A stretch of 64,000 nucleotides of DNA from a virus (IMGVR_UViG_3300025769_000005:2085-66084); one strand, 5' to 3'. Shown: positions 40,954 through 50,758, numbered from the stretch's first letter. Notes: a model not told the origin generated them from the letters alone. Numbers and translations: made by a program.

Positions 40954-41241
40954 ATGTATACTCAAAAATTTGGAATATCTAGAGGCTCTAGTAATGAACC
41001 TAGAAAAACTACTAAAGGTAAAGGTAGAAACTTTAGAACTACTAAAGAAGGTGCAGGTATGACTGCTAAAGGAGTTGCTGAATATAAAAGAAAAAATCCA
41101 GGTAGTAAATTAAAGACTGCAGTAACAGGTGATGTAAAGCCTGGTAGTAAAGATGCTAAACGTAGAAAATCATTTTGCGCAAGATCAAAAGGTTGGACTG
41201 GAGAAAGAGGTAAAGCTGCAAGACGCAGATGGAAATGTTAG
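40954..41241 (+). CDS. Small very basic phage protein
   Basis: RRKSFCARSKG...ARRRWKC; last gene of the + arm. Confidence 0.65.
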   Translation: MYTQKFGISRGSSNEPRKTTKGKGRNFRTTKEGAGMTAKGVAEYKRKNPGSKLKTAVTGDVKPGSKDAKRRKSFCARSKGWTGERGKAARRRWKC

Positions 41242-41291
41242 GAACAAAATAAAACTGGGCGTACCATACCCAAAAGTTCCTGTAACCGAAG

Positions 41292-41326
41292 AAGGGGATC
41301 ACGCAAGTGGTCCCCTTTTTCTTTTT
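41292..41326 (+). terminator. Rho-independent terminator at the convergence of the two arms
   Basis: aaggggatcac-gcaa-gtggtcccctt followed by a T-tract. Confidence 0.85.
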
Positions 41327-43022
41327 ATCCATCACAAGCAACACAGTCTTCCATAGCTTGATTGGCAATATCGCCACGCAAGACTGATTCTGTTCGCATA
41401 TAGTATAAAGTTTTAATTCCTTTATGCCAAGCATCCATGTGGACTTTATTAATCCACTTTGGTGTTGCTTCGCTAGGAAAAGCTAAGTTTAAACTTACAC
41501 TTTGATCTATATACTGCTGGCGGATACCAGCTTGCCTAACCAACTCTAGCTGGTTAAGTTCTTTAAAGGTTTTAAATACTTCTTTCGTATCTTCGCTTAA
41601 ACCTTCTATATCTTGTACCGAACCTCCATCGGCCAATATTTTGTCCCATATCTCTTTTGTATTTAGTTTTTGTTTTTTGAGAATGTTTTCCAGAGTAGGG
41701 TTTTTACGTATAAAAGTACCCTTAGCGCTTTGCTCGGTAAATATATTGGCGGCCCAAGGCTCAATACCTGGTGACACATTTCCACTAAGCTTGCTATTGC
41801 TAACAGTAGGAGCAACAGCACGTAAGTGAGTATTACGCATACCAGTTCCAACACACCATAAAGGTTCTCCATAAGCTTCTGCAAGTGCCATACTAGCTCT
41901 TTCGCTTTCAATTTTAATTTGACTGAAAATTCTTCTTGTTTCATATTGTGCTAATAGACCTTCAAATGGTAAACCTTTTTCTTGTAAATACGTATGCCAT
42001 CCGAGTACACCTAAACCTAATGCTCTACCTTTTTCAGCAGATCTTACAGAGTTTTCAAATCCTTTTCTGTATTTAGCTTTTTGTATAAACTCTTCTAACA
42101 CACCGTCAAGAAACCATATCGAGTCATGTATTATATTAGTATTTTTCCACTCATCATATTTAGCTAGGTTTAAGCTAGACAGGCAACATATAAAGCTATG
42201 ATTTTCATCTGTATGTAATGTTATTTCACTACAGATATTTGTCATATGTACTTTTAATGCGTTTTGTTTATAGGCTGCGGGGTTATTTTTATTTGTGTTC
42301 CCTTTAAATAAGACATATGGTTCTCCAGTAGCTTTACGCTTTTGAAGTAATTTTCCCCAACGTTTTCTAGCCTCTGCATCTCCTTGTTCAAGTCTTCGCA
42401 TGAACTTATCGCCGACAACAGCGCACTGATGCAAGTTAAGTGACTGTCTATTGACGTCTCCTTTAGGCTCACGTATTTCGATCCAGTCTTCAAAATCGGG
42501 GTGTTCAATGTTAATATTAACCGATGCAGCTCCTCGTCTGACAGATCCTTGATTAGTGGCAAGTATTGTTGAATCGTATATTTTACAAAAAGGCACAACG
42601 CCGTCACTTGTTCCATTTCCTTTAATTTGAGCGCCAGCGGGTCTAATTTGATTTACTCCGATACCAACTCCACCGCCGTGCTTAGCAAGTAGCATCATCT
42701 CTAAATTTTTCTGTCCTATATCTATTATGCTATCAGCTACATCGATACCAAAGCAACTAATAGGAAGGCCGCGATCAGTCCCAGTATTACTGAGAACAGG
42801 ACTAGCAAGACAGAGCCAACCATTCCATATATACTCAAAGAAAGTTTCTTCAAGTTCAGGTTTGTCAAGTCTATTTGCGACTGTTTTACATACCCTTTCA
42901 TAGGCATCTTTAGGAGACTCGCTGCCAAGTAAATATCCCCCGGCGATAGTTTTTTTGTAGACTTCAGTGTCTCCCCACTCTGGATAGTCTTTTCCTTTTT
43001 TCCATTCATTATTCCACATCAA
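41325..43022 (-). CDS. nrdA: Ribonucleotide reductase class I alpha subunit (no ATP cone)
   Basis: PISCF, TNICSEI, CCLSSLNL, APTVSNS, KTLYY, C-terminal CVAC. Confidence 0.95.
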   Translation of the reverse strand: MMWNNEWKKGKDYPEWGDTEVYKKTIAGGYLLGSESPKDAYERVCKTVANRLDKPELEETFFEYIWNGWLCLASPVLSNTGTDRGLPISCFGIDVADSIIDIGQKNLEMMLLAKHGGGVGIGVNQIRPAGAQIKGNGTSDGVVPFCKIYDSTILATNQGSVRRGAASVNINIEHPDFEDWIEIREPKGDVNRQSLNLHQCAVVGDKFMRRLEQGDAEARKRWGKLLQKRKATGEPYVLFKGNTNKNNPAAYKQNALKVHMTNICSEITLHTDENHSFICCLSSLNLAKYDEWKNTNIIHDSIWFLDGVLEEFIQKAKYRKGFENSVRSAEKGRALGLGVLGWHTYLQEKGLPFEGLLAQYETRRIFSQIKIESERASMALAEAYGEPLWCVGTGMRNTHLRAVAPTVSNSKLSGNVSPGIEPWAANIFTEQSAKGTFIRKNPTLENILKKQKLNTKEIWDKILADGGSVQDIEGLSEDTKEVFKTFKELNQLELVRQAGIRQQYIDQSVSLNLAFPSEATPKWINKVHMDAWHKGIKTLYYMRTESVLRGDIANQAMEDCVACDG

Positions 43023-43230
43023 GTTCTAGTTTTTTTTCTTTTGGTTTTGACTCTTGTTCTCTTTCTTGTAATTGTTTAAATACTTTTTTCCACTCTTCTT
43101 CACCTATGTGTAATTGAAAAGCTGTTAATGTTCCTCTAGTCATACTATCTAACTTTATAAAATCTTCTATAAGCTGTTTTACAGTTTTAGTTAGTATTTC
43201 TACTTTTTGTTTTAATTTGTTTTGTGGCAT
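43009..43230 (-). CDS. Hypothetical protein
   Basis: 73-aa ORF between nrdB and nrdA. Confidence 0.55.
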   Translation of the reverse strand: MPQNKLKQKVEILTKTVKQLIEDFIKLDSMTRGTLTAFQLHIGEEEWKKVFKQLQEREQESKPKEKKLELDVE

Positions 43231-43231
43231 A

Positions 43232-43501
43232 TTAATTTATTAAATGATTAATCCACGCTGTTAAACCATTAAGGTTTAGCGCTACTAAATTCCATTGTTT
43301 TCTTGACGCTGTCTGTATCATTACACAAATAAAACCTACTATAAATAATTTAGGTTCTAACGTCCATTGTCCAGCGATTAAAAAAGCTGCACCAAAATAT
43401 CCTATACGTGATGCAACTTTTTGATATGCTGTAAGTTTATTTGTATATCTTAAAAACTTTATAAGTCTATACTTCCATCTTCTTTTTCTTTCCATTACCA
43501 A
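43232..43501 (-). CDS. Small membrane protein
   Basis: Basic N-terminus and 2-3 hydrophobic segments; KQWNLVALN. Confidence 0.55.
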   Translation of the reverse strand: MVMERKRRWKYRLIKFLRYTNKLTAYQKVASRIGYFGAAFLIAGQWTLEPKLFIVGFICVMIQTASRKQWNLVALNLNGLTAWINHLIN

Positions 43502-44463
43502 ATGTCTTCGAAATCTTCACCTTCATTTGCTTTACTATAGTCAGTTGGCCTAACAGCGAAAAAATCAGTGTGAGTGTGACCCCCTGTAAGATGGAAGAAC
43601 CAATCCAGATTAGCCGCTGCTTCTTTGTCATAGTGGAATAATCTTCTTTTATCCGTGTAACCAAGTTCTTGTAATTTGTCATTAGCTCTTTTTCTTATAA
43701 ATTGTTTTAAGTCAAATGATCTCATACCTTCAATATCACCCATTTCAAACATCTTGTCTATATACTTTTCTTCTAGCTCAACCATAGTCTTAGCAGCTAA
43801 ATATATATCTTCTTTACAAGCATCTAGTAAGCTATTGTCTTCTTCGCACATATGTCTAAACAACTGACAACCCATTTTACTGTGTAAGCTTTCGTCTCTT
43901 ACAGACCATTTCATTTGTTGTCCGATGCCTTTAAGTAGATTACGTAACTGAAAAGAATAAAGTACAGCGAAGGCACTATATAAGCTAACACCTTCTGCAA
44001 AAGCGGAGAAGATAGCAAGGGAGGTTCCGATACCCACAGCATTGTTGCCATCATAAGCAACCAAGTTATCAAAACGATCGGCTGTCGCAGGTTCGTGTAA
44101 AAACGCTTCATAGTTTTCTAGTTTTAAAGTTTCATTTAAATAGCTATAAGCTACAGCATGTATAGTTTCCTGTGATCCAAACATCATAGCCATTTGTTGT
44201 ATCTCATGTTTAGGAAACCAACCAACCACTTTTTGTGTCCAGTAATCACTTACAGCGCATTCAGTCTGAGCAAAACCTAATAGTATATTACCTACTAAAT
44301 GTTTTTCTTCTGCTGTTAGCTTTTCGTTCCAGTCTTTTACATCACCTGACATAGGTATTTCTGTATGTAACCAAAACGCCTGAGCTTGTTTTAACCAACC
44401 TTCTGTATAGTACTCAGGATACTCAAAAGGTTTATACGGTATTCTATTATCAAATAGTCCCAT
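43495..44463 (-). CDS. nrdB: Ribonucleotide reductase class I beta subunit
   Basis: ETIHAVAY, EGVSLYSAF, RDESLH, DFFAVRPTDY. Confidence 0.95.
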   Translation of the reverse strand: MGLFDNRIPYKPFEYPEYYTEGWLKQAQAFWLHTEIPMSGDVKDWNEKLTAEEKHLVGNILLGFAQTECAVSDYWTQKVVGWFPKHEIQQMAMMFGSQETIHAVAYSYLNETLKLENYEAFLHEPATADRFDNLVAYDGNNAVGIGTSLAIFSAFAEGVSLYSAFAVLYSFQLRNLLKGIGQQMKWSVRDESLHSKMGCQLFRHMCEEDNSLLDACKEDIYLAAKTMVELEEKYIDKMFEMGDIEGMRSFDLKQFIRKRANDKLQELGYTDKRRLFHYDKEAAANLDWFFHLTGGHTHTDFFAVRPTDYSKANEGEDFEDIW

Positions 44464-44612
44464 TAGTTATCGTGTATTTCTAGTGATATATCAACAAAAG
44501 GTATATATAAAACATAAGTTGTTTGATCAGGCTCTTCGTATGTTCTTATACCAAAACATATTCCAGGGTAAAAACCTATACTTAAAGTCCAGTTTTTTAT
44601 TTCTTTATCCAT
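44463..44612 (-). CDS. 49-aa hypothetical protein
   Basis: MDKEIKNWTLSIGFYPG...; stop overlaps the nrdB ATG (TAATG); not in the ORF track. Confidence 0.5.
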   Translation of the reverse strand: MDKEIKNWTLSIGFYPGICFGIRTYEEPDQTTYVLYIPFVDISLEIHDN

Positions 44613-44880
44613 TTATTGTTTTTTTATTAATTACTATAGGTGAACCATCTTTGTGAGATGATACAAAATAAACCACATCGTTTTCCTCTACTATAACGTC
44701 ACTAACATCTTTAAATGTTTTAGGATAATTTGTTACAGCATATTCTTTTATTTTATCCATAAACTTTTATATTATATTTATCTTGTTGTTCTACTAATTC
44801 TTTATATTTAATTTTGTTTCTCATTTCAAAGCTCCATTTCCACCATTTGTCGATTTGACGCTCTCTGTATTTACATCTTG

Positions 44881-45348
44881 CTAAGTGTTTTGCTTGAGCA
44901 GGATTAATCTTATTGTTTCGTCGCATTCTTTTTGATTTTGTGGTTTGTATAATGTCCAGTTAACTGGTTGTTGAGTTATAAAATTGTTTTCTATTAGTAA
45001 TCTTTTAAATAGTTTCCAACGTAGTGGAAATGATTCATTAGCTCTACCTTTAGTTTCAATAATAAAATCTTTACCTATAAAATCAGGTGTATACTTTATG
45101 TTAAGTATTTTTTTATTACCTCTATTTTTATATTCTCCTTTTCCGTTGCTTTGTCTTTCTATAGACTCTAAATCAAACTCAAATGATGGTATTAATTCAA
45201 ATGTTTGTCCTTCATATTTAGCTTTGATTTTAGCTTTTTTTAAAGCCATATACATATATCGCTCTAAACCTGAGGCAAACTTAATACCATCGTAAGTTAT
45301 TTTCTTTGATTGTACTGGACCTTTTTTACGTTTAAAAGATCGTTTCAT
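44881..45348 (-). CDS. PD-(D/E)XK endonuclease (T7 endonuclease I/DUF1064-like)
   Basis: FASGLE...YTPDF...IIETKG. Confidence 0.8.
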   Translation of the reverse strand: MKRSFKRKKGPVQSKKITYDGIKFASGLERYMYMALKKAKIKAKYEGQTFELIPSFEFDLESIERQSNGKGEYKNRGNKKILNIKYTPDFIGKDFIIETKGRANESFPLRWKLFKRLLIENNFITQQPVNWTLYKPQNQKECDETIRLILLKQNT

Positions 45349-45628
45349 CGTATATGTTTATATCATTTATGTTTTCATTTACTCTTCTAGCTTTAGCATA
45401 TATAGCTTCTTCAATTTCATCACGTAAACAATGTCTAGCTGATTCAAGATATAGTATTGCATCCATTAATTCTTCTTGTACGTCAACAATAAATCTACCT
45501 AGATCTTTCTTTTGACCTTCAATTTCTTGCATCATTGTAGCGCCATATTTCTTCTGACCTATTAAACTACGTTCGTCCATCTTCCTTAGTACGTTTTGTA
45601 CTATCTTATCTTGTGTTTTAATCTGCAT
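45332..45628 (-). CDS. Small helical protein, possible nucleotide pyrophosphatase-like
   Basis: GQKKYG...VQEELMDAILY. Confidence 0.5.
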   Translation of the reverse strand: MQIKTQDKIVQNVLRKMDERSLIGQKKYGATMMQEIEGQKKDLGRFIVDVQEELMDAILYLESARHCLRDEIEEAIYAKARRVNENINDINIYDETIF

Positions 45629-46379
45629 CTTTCACGAATGTTCCGTTAATCATTTTACCTGTTCTTGTTGCTATAACTTTATAAGCTTCATCAATACAGT
45701 ATTCTATATCATACCCTTGTAAGTGAGCTAAGTTTGTAAGTACTACAACCATATCACCTATTGCATCTACAATTTCTGGTTGATCATTTTTAAGTAATGC
45801 TTTAGCAAGCTCACCAGCTTCTTCTTGTAATTTAACATATTGCGTATGTGGATTACCTTGTTGGTACAAACCTCTTGTTGCTGCCCAGTCTCTTATAAGA
45901 TCAAATCTTTCATCTGTTTTTACAGGCGTGTGATCTGTATTGTAATAGGCCTCATAAAAAGCTTTGTTGTAGATATAAGATCTGTCATTGTTAAACATAG
46001 ATGTTTTAACATTTTGCATAATCCATGGTATGTTCTTTTCTGTTATTTCAAACTGGCCGAACTCTGTTTGCCATTTTAAACCTATGTTATCCATCAGTTG
46101 TCCTTTTAATTTATTAACCGGACACGGGAAAGTTGAGGTCTGCTCTGTAGCGTTTATTTTCATTTTATTAAAGTTTAGATTTTTATATTTTTTTAAATCA
46201 ACCTTATAGCCATAAGACTTTTGAAGTTCTATTTCACGGTCTGATATATAATCTATATCGTCTGACTGTTCAAGAACTTCATACTCTGTCTCCTTATAGC
46301 CTTGCATAAGGGTTACTCTGTTCTTAAGATTACGCGTTACGCCTATCTTTTTACCTGGTATGTGGTATAAATAATACAT
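45618..46379 (-). CDS. MazG-like NTP pyrophosphohydrolase with N-terminal GIY-YIG-like domain
   Basis: C-term KLQEEAGELA...DAIGD; N-term YYLY...KIGVTRNLKNR...E. Confidence 0.75.
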   Translation of the reverse strand: MYYLYHIPGKKIGVTRNLKNRVTLMQGYKETEYEVLEQSDDIDYISDREIELQKSYGYKVDLKKYKNLNFNKMKINATEQTSTFPCPVNKLKGQLMDNIGLKWQTEFGQFEITEKNIPWIMQNVKTSMFNNDRSYIYNKAFYEAYYNTDHTPVKTDERFDLIRDWAATRGLYQQGNPHTQYVKLQEEAGELAKALLKNDQPEIVDAIGDMVVVLTNLAHLQGYDIEYCIDEAYKVIATRTGKMINGTFVKDAD

Positions 46380-46382
46380 ATT

Positions 46383-47027
46383 TTAAAGTTTGTTATTATA
46401 TAAATGTAAGTTGTGTGCAAAGTGGTAATAAGTACCTATTTCAATAGACAGTCTCTTAGCAATCATTTGTTGTAACATTGAGAATTGATATTGATCATTA
46501 CAGAAACCGTACCAGATGTCATTAGAACGCATCAGAACTGACATGTTTAACTTATTGTCTAGTATTGTAAACTGTACTGCGTAAGTACACGGTGTGTCTT
46601 TTCTATATGATCCCCACTCTTTTGCATCATATATACTTATTGCCGCGTGTCTTGTATTTTTATTTTGTCTAAGTTTAGCACATACATAATCTATTTGATT
46701 ATTACGTTTCCACTGATAACCATAGTTAGAATTAACGTTACGATTACTGTCTGCCATCTTTTCCCATATCGGTGGTATCTTGCCATATATTTGACCAAGC
46801 TTATCTATACTACGATCACCTGATTTATACCACTCCCACTCTGCTTCAGCATATTCTAAGCTCCACTTACGTTCTTTATTTGTAATGTGGTTATCCATAG
46901 GGTTTGCAATTGTAAAACCTATATTGAATAAAGCTTTAGTATCATCAAAGTCTACACCATCAATTAATATTCTATTAAGTTGATAAGCATAAGCTTCGTT
47001 TGCGTTTTTAAATAGTGTTCTTGCCAT
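46383..47027 (-). CDS. Thymidylate-synthase-fold enzyme, probably dCMP (hydroxy)methylase-like
   Basis: Catalytic PC; MRSNDIWYGFCND with Asp at the E. coli Asn177 position; HLY. Confidence 0.8.
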   Translation of the reverse strand: MARTLFKNANEAYAYQLNRILIDGVDFDDTKALFNIGFTIANPMDNHITNKERKWSLEYAEAEWEWYKSGDRSIDKLGQIYGKIPPIWEKMADSNRNVNSNYGYQWKRNNQIDYVCAKLRQNKNTRHAAISIYDAKEWGSYRKDTPCTYAVQFTILDNKLNMSVLMRSNDIWYGFCNDQYQFSMLQQMIAKRLSIEIGTYYHFAHNLHLYNNKL

Positions 47028-47259
47028 ATTTATTGTAATAGTATTTGTAATAATTAAATATTTGTTCCCATAAATCCTTTTTAGTGTGAACGTGTGGAGA
47101 TCTGTTTTTTCTGCCGTTTATTTCTATGTCTACGTACCATTCATATGTGCTTTTAGCAAATGGTGATATTTTTATTCCATTGTTTATACACCATCTCATA
47201 TGTTCTCGCTGTTTTGACGTAGCCATAAAATGACCCATGTTAATTTTTCTTACTCCCAC
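47008..47259 (-). CDS. Hypothetical protein
   Basis: 83-aa ORF overlapping both neighbours. Confidence 0.55.
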   Translation of the reverse strand: MGVRKINMGHFMATSKQREHMRWCINNGIKISPFAKSTYEWYVDIEINGRKNRSPHVHTKKDLWEQIFNYYKYYYNKYGKNTI

Positions 47260-48956
47260 GGCATTGCTTCGTTTTCATTTACAGCATTTACATGAGGAAC
47301 AAAACAACCAGATCTTGGTTCCCACGTGAAATGAGCTTCAGCTCCGTTTTCACCTAAGTTTTGGAACTTAACTTTTAGTATCTTTGCTTTAACGGTTTTT
47401 TCTTCATAGTTCCTGTGAACTAATATACCGTGATAACTAGCATCATACCATTCACCGCCACCTTTTATGTTATACATTGTAGGCTCTTCCATTCTACCGT
47501 CTTTGTCTTTGTACATTTTTGTAGGATGCGCAACTACAAATACAAGCACATCATACTTCTTAGCAAACGTTTCTATTTTAGTTAGATATTCCATTGTGTA
47601 ACGATTAACATCTTCTGTCTTACAGTCTACATCTCTAACTTTATTAAAAGGATCAATGACTAAACATTTAATACCTTTACGTTTTACTAGCTCAGCACCT
47701 TTACGTAATACAGATTCTAATGTATATCTTTCCATGTCAATAAAGAAATAATTATCATTAACATGATTAGCAACTCTATTCCATTTGTCTCCGTGTATAT
47801 CTTTAGACGATGGCATACCTTGCCAAGTCTTACGCATTAACTTATGCGCATGTAAATACGTAGGAGCATTTTCAGGTGATGCAAAAGCTGTTTTCCAACC
47901 ATAGTTGTTATTATAACCTACAACCATCTGGTCAACAAAATCAGACTTACCGCTACTAGGTATCCCAGTAACAGTGATAAACTGACCGGTATACGTTGAG
48001 AATATTTCGTCAAAGTTACTAAGGCCGACTTGATATCCTTTCTTAAAGCCATTACGAACAAAGTCTGTGACTTCATCTTCAATGTCTTTGAACGTTGTAA
48101 CGTTTTCAAGCGGTACAGGTCTTGCTGTATTGATACGCTCTTGTAGTTTTTCTTTGCCATGTTTCTGTAAATATTCATTAGCATCTTTACAATCATCAAA
48201 TGATACTAGGTAACATACTTCAGCACCTAGTCTACGAACTAACTCTGATTGTAATGCTTGACCTGCTTCATCTGAATCAACAGCTAATATGATTTTTTCT
48301 TTATCTTCAAAATAATCTATACAATTATCAAGATAATCTAGGTTGTTAGAATTTAATGTAGCACCATTAGGAACTGATATAGAGTTTTTAATACCAGCTT
48401 CGTGTAACGCTAACACATCCATCTCGCCCTCAGTTATAACGCAAGTGTCATAACCTACTATACTATTTATATTGTAGAATACTTTTTCAGCACCCTTATA
48501 TAATTTAAAGTTCTTTCTGCCATCGCGATACTTAACATTAATAAGTTGATCGCCCATAAAGTAATTAAACTTTATAGTATTCTCGGTCTTACCGGTTTGC
48601 GGCATAAACTCAGAACCTTCACCGACATTTAAGTCAGTCAAGGTTTTCTGAGATATCCCTCTTGTTTCAAACCAACCAATTACTTTAGTTGCTGGTGGTT
48701 GATATGCTGAGACTGTAGGTCTTACATATACTTTTTCACTAGCACCTTTACGTTGATACGTATGTAATTGAAAGGTTGTGTTACAATTGTGACAAGTACC
48801 GAGACCACGTTCCCAATCATAAGACGCACATTTGGCCTTTTGATTTTTAGGTTTCCTATCATGAGAACACAAAGGGCATATACCCTGTGTCTTCTCTTCT
48901 AGGCCATGTTGATTGAATTCATCAATCAAAAATCCATTGATCTCTCTGTCCTGCAT
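47250..48956 (-). CDS. Twinkle/T7 gp4-like primase-helicase
   Basis: Zn finger CPLC...CHNC; TOPRIM TEGEMD and DSDEAG; Walker A GIPSSGKS; VAHP. Confidence 0.93.
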   Translation of the reverse strand: MQDREINGFLIDEFNQHGLEEKTQGICPLCSHDRKPKNQKAKCASYDWERGLGTCHNCNTTFQLHTYQRKGASEKVYVRPTVSAYQPPATKVIGWFETRGISQKTLTDLNVGEGSEFMPQTGKTENTIKFNYFMGDQLINVKYRDGRKNFKLYKGAEKVFYNINSIVGYDTCVITEGEMDVLALHEAGIKNSISVPNGATLNSNNLDYLDNCIDYFEDKEKIILAVDSDEAGQALQSELVRRLGAEVCYLVSFDDCKDANEYLQKHGKEKLQERINTARPVPLENVTTFKDIEDEVTDFVRNGFKKGYQVGLSNFDEIFSTYTGQFITVTGIPSSGKSDFVDQMVVGYNNNYGWKTAFASPENAPTYLHAHKLMRKTWQGMPSSKDIHGDKWNRVANHVNDNYFFIDMERYTLESVLRKGAELVKRKGIKCLVIDPFNKVRDVDCKTEDVNRYTMEYLTKIETFAKKYDVLVFVVAHPTKMYKDKDGRMEEPTMYNIKGGGEWYDASYHGILVHRNYEEKTVKAKILKVKFQNLGENGAEAHFTWEPRSGCFVPHVNAVNENEAMPWE

Positions 48957-48966
48957 TTAATTTAAT

Positions 48967-49281
48967 TTAAAATGGTAAATCGTCTTCTACTTCTTGTTTA
49001 GCTGGTTGTGCTTGTTGTTGTGGTTGATCTGTTCTAGGTGCTGCGTTTACATTATCACCATTAGTCCATACCACTTTTACATTTCCTAAATAAGTTTTAG
49101 CTACTTTAGCCTCACGTTCTTCTTTAGTTTGATCCACTATTACTGGACCTTGATTACCAAACTGATCAACTTCGTCGTTCAGTGTAATCGTAATTGGTAA
49201 GTATTTACCTTTTTTACCTATGATAATTTTATCTTTAGGTATTTCATTAAGGTTAATACTAGCTTTAATTATTGATGCCAT
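48967..49281 (-). CDS. Probable single-stranded DNA-binding protein
   Basis: OB-fold-sized; acidic C-terminus EDDLPF. Confidence 0.65.
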   Translation of the reverse strand: MASIIKASINLNEIPKDKIIIGKKGKYLPITITLNDEVDQFGNQGPVIVDQTKEEREAKVAKTYLGNVKVVWTNGDNVNAAPRTDQPQQQAQPAKQEVEDDLPF

Positions 49282-49282
49282 A

Positions 49283-49450
49283 TTAATATGCGTTTACTTG
49301 GTTAAACATTCTTGTTATTTGTTGTTTTGTTGCACCTGTGTTTCTTCTTAAGTTATCTACTGCTTTTACGTGGTTTTGTCCTGTGTAAAAGTTGTTGATG
49401 CTTGTGTTGATTCCTGATACTGTGCAAATTTGTTTTCTAGTTCTTGCCAT
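49283..49450 (-). CDS. 55-aa hypothetical protein
   Basis: MARTRKQICTVSG...; fills the gap; not in the ORF track. Confidence 0.5.
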   Translation of the reverse strand: MARTRKQICTVSGINTSINNFYTGQNHVKAVDNLRRNTGATKQQITRMFNQVNAY

Positions 49451-49453
49451 GGT

Positions 49454-50185
49454 TTAAAGGGTTTTAGTTAAAAAATATTGTTTAGGATCAAAGTCCTCTG
49501 ACTTATAAAATAATTCATAAGCCTCGACTGCTCTTTTTACTTTATCTTGACCTCGTTCATAGAACTCAGGTGAGCAATCAAAGATACCTATTTGATGTGT
49601 GTTTTTGTCTATTGCAATGAATAGCATTTCGTAACCAAATAGTTTACTGTAAATATAAGCTTGACTATCATAGTTGTACTTAGATGCTGAATACTTAAAC
49701 TTTGTAATGTCTGCTGTCGTCTTTAAATCGATAATCAGTTTTTCATCATGGTTTACAATATCAGCTTTACCTTTCCACATTTGACCTTCAAGCTCTGTAA
49801 TTTCAGGTTGTTCATATTTAACATTGCCTGATCTTATTAAATCTCTACATACTTCGTTGTCTAGCATCTTTTCTGTCATTAATTCAATTTGATCAACCTC
49901 ATGTTTTAATAAACACATTTCACCCCCTGAAATCTCCTTATATGCTTTAGTATTTCTAGTTGTAGCTTCTACTATCTTAAAATTCTTAAGCTTGTCTGGC
50001 TCAAGTATTGCTGTGTGAAAGTATCCACCGACTAGAAACGCAGGTCTTTGTGCTTGCTGCTTTCCTAAAGCTAAGGGATTGGTTAAGAGCGTACCGATGT
50101 CTGAATTACTAAGATACTTTTTACCAAAGTCTCCGTAATAATTAGCATCATCTTCTAACGCTTTTAATACCTCTTGCTTTTTCAT
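49454..50185 (-). CDS. RecE/exonuclease VIII-like PD-(D/E)XK nuclease
   Basis: LSNSD, FHTAILEP, KGKAD, IDLKTT, YDSQAYIY. Confidence 0.85.
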   Translation of the reverse strand: MKKQEVLKALEDDANYYGDFGKKYLSNSDIGTLLTNPLALGKQQAQRPAFLVGGYFHTAILEPDKLKNFKIVEATTRNTKAYKEISGGEMCLLKHEVDQIELMTEKMLDNEVCRDLIRSGNVKYEQPEITELEGQMWKGKADIVNHDEKLIIDLKTTADITKFKYSASKYNYDSQAYIYSKLFGYEMLFIAIDKNTHQIGIFDCSPEFYERGQDKVKRAVEAYELFYKSEDFDPKQYFLTKTL

Positions 50186-50186
50186 A

Positions 50187-50732
50187 CTACAGTGTTGTTA
50201 ATTCTTGCTCTGCTTCTTTAGACAGGGCATACTTAGCTTTAATAGCTTCGATTTTACCTCCAGCTTTTACATAGTCTTTAGCTTTAGCTAACTGGTCTGC
50301 TGTTATAGAGGATTTAGTTTTTGGCACAAATTTCTTTTTGCCGTGATCATTAGTAGCGTCACTATCAGCTGTATCATCAATTAGAAATAAATTACCTAAC
50401 GCGTACTTTTTTGCATACGAAGATGCTGAACCAAATTGTTGTGGTACGTTCATACCCTTTTGGTTTAAGTCTACACCGACAATTGCTTTTGCATGAATCA
50501 TGTCTTTACCATCGCTGATAGTTGCTGTAGATTCCATGACAGGCATATTGTCAAATAATACGTTAAGTTCTTCATTGATCGTAACTGTTACTCCTAACTC
50601 TAATAGAAAGGGTTTTGTTGCTTCTAGGATGTCTTCGGCTGATCTGAAGTTGTACTTGCCGAAGGAGTTAAATCTACTCTTTTTCGATTTAAACTTTGTT
50701 TGGATTGTCGCTAATTTTTCGTTTATGTTCAT
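50187..50732 (-). CDS. ERF-family ssDNA annealing protein
   Basis: YNFRSAEDIL, QQFGSASSYAKKYAL.NLF..DD..D.D. Confidence 0.88.
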   Translation of the reverse strand: MNINEKLATIQTKFKSKKSRFNSFGKYNFRSAEDILEATKPFLLELGVTVTINEELNVLFDNMPVMESTATISDGKDMIHAKAIVGVDLNQKGMNVPQQFGSASSYAKKYALGNLFLIDDTADSDATNDHGKKKFVPKTKSSITADQLAKAKDYVKAGGKIEAIKAKYALSKEAEQELTTL

Positions 50733-50758
50733 TCGTTCTTAGTTAAATTGCTTATTAA

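Noticed and set aside
11340-48956. Inteins, introns or stop-codon reassignment in terL, nrdA or the helicase
   Set aside because: Proteins are full length and normal in size under the standard code, with no splice motifs seen.
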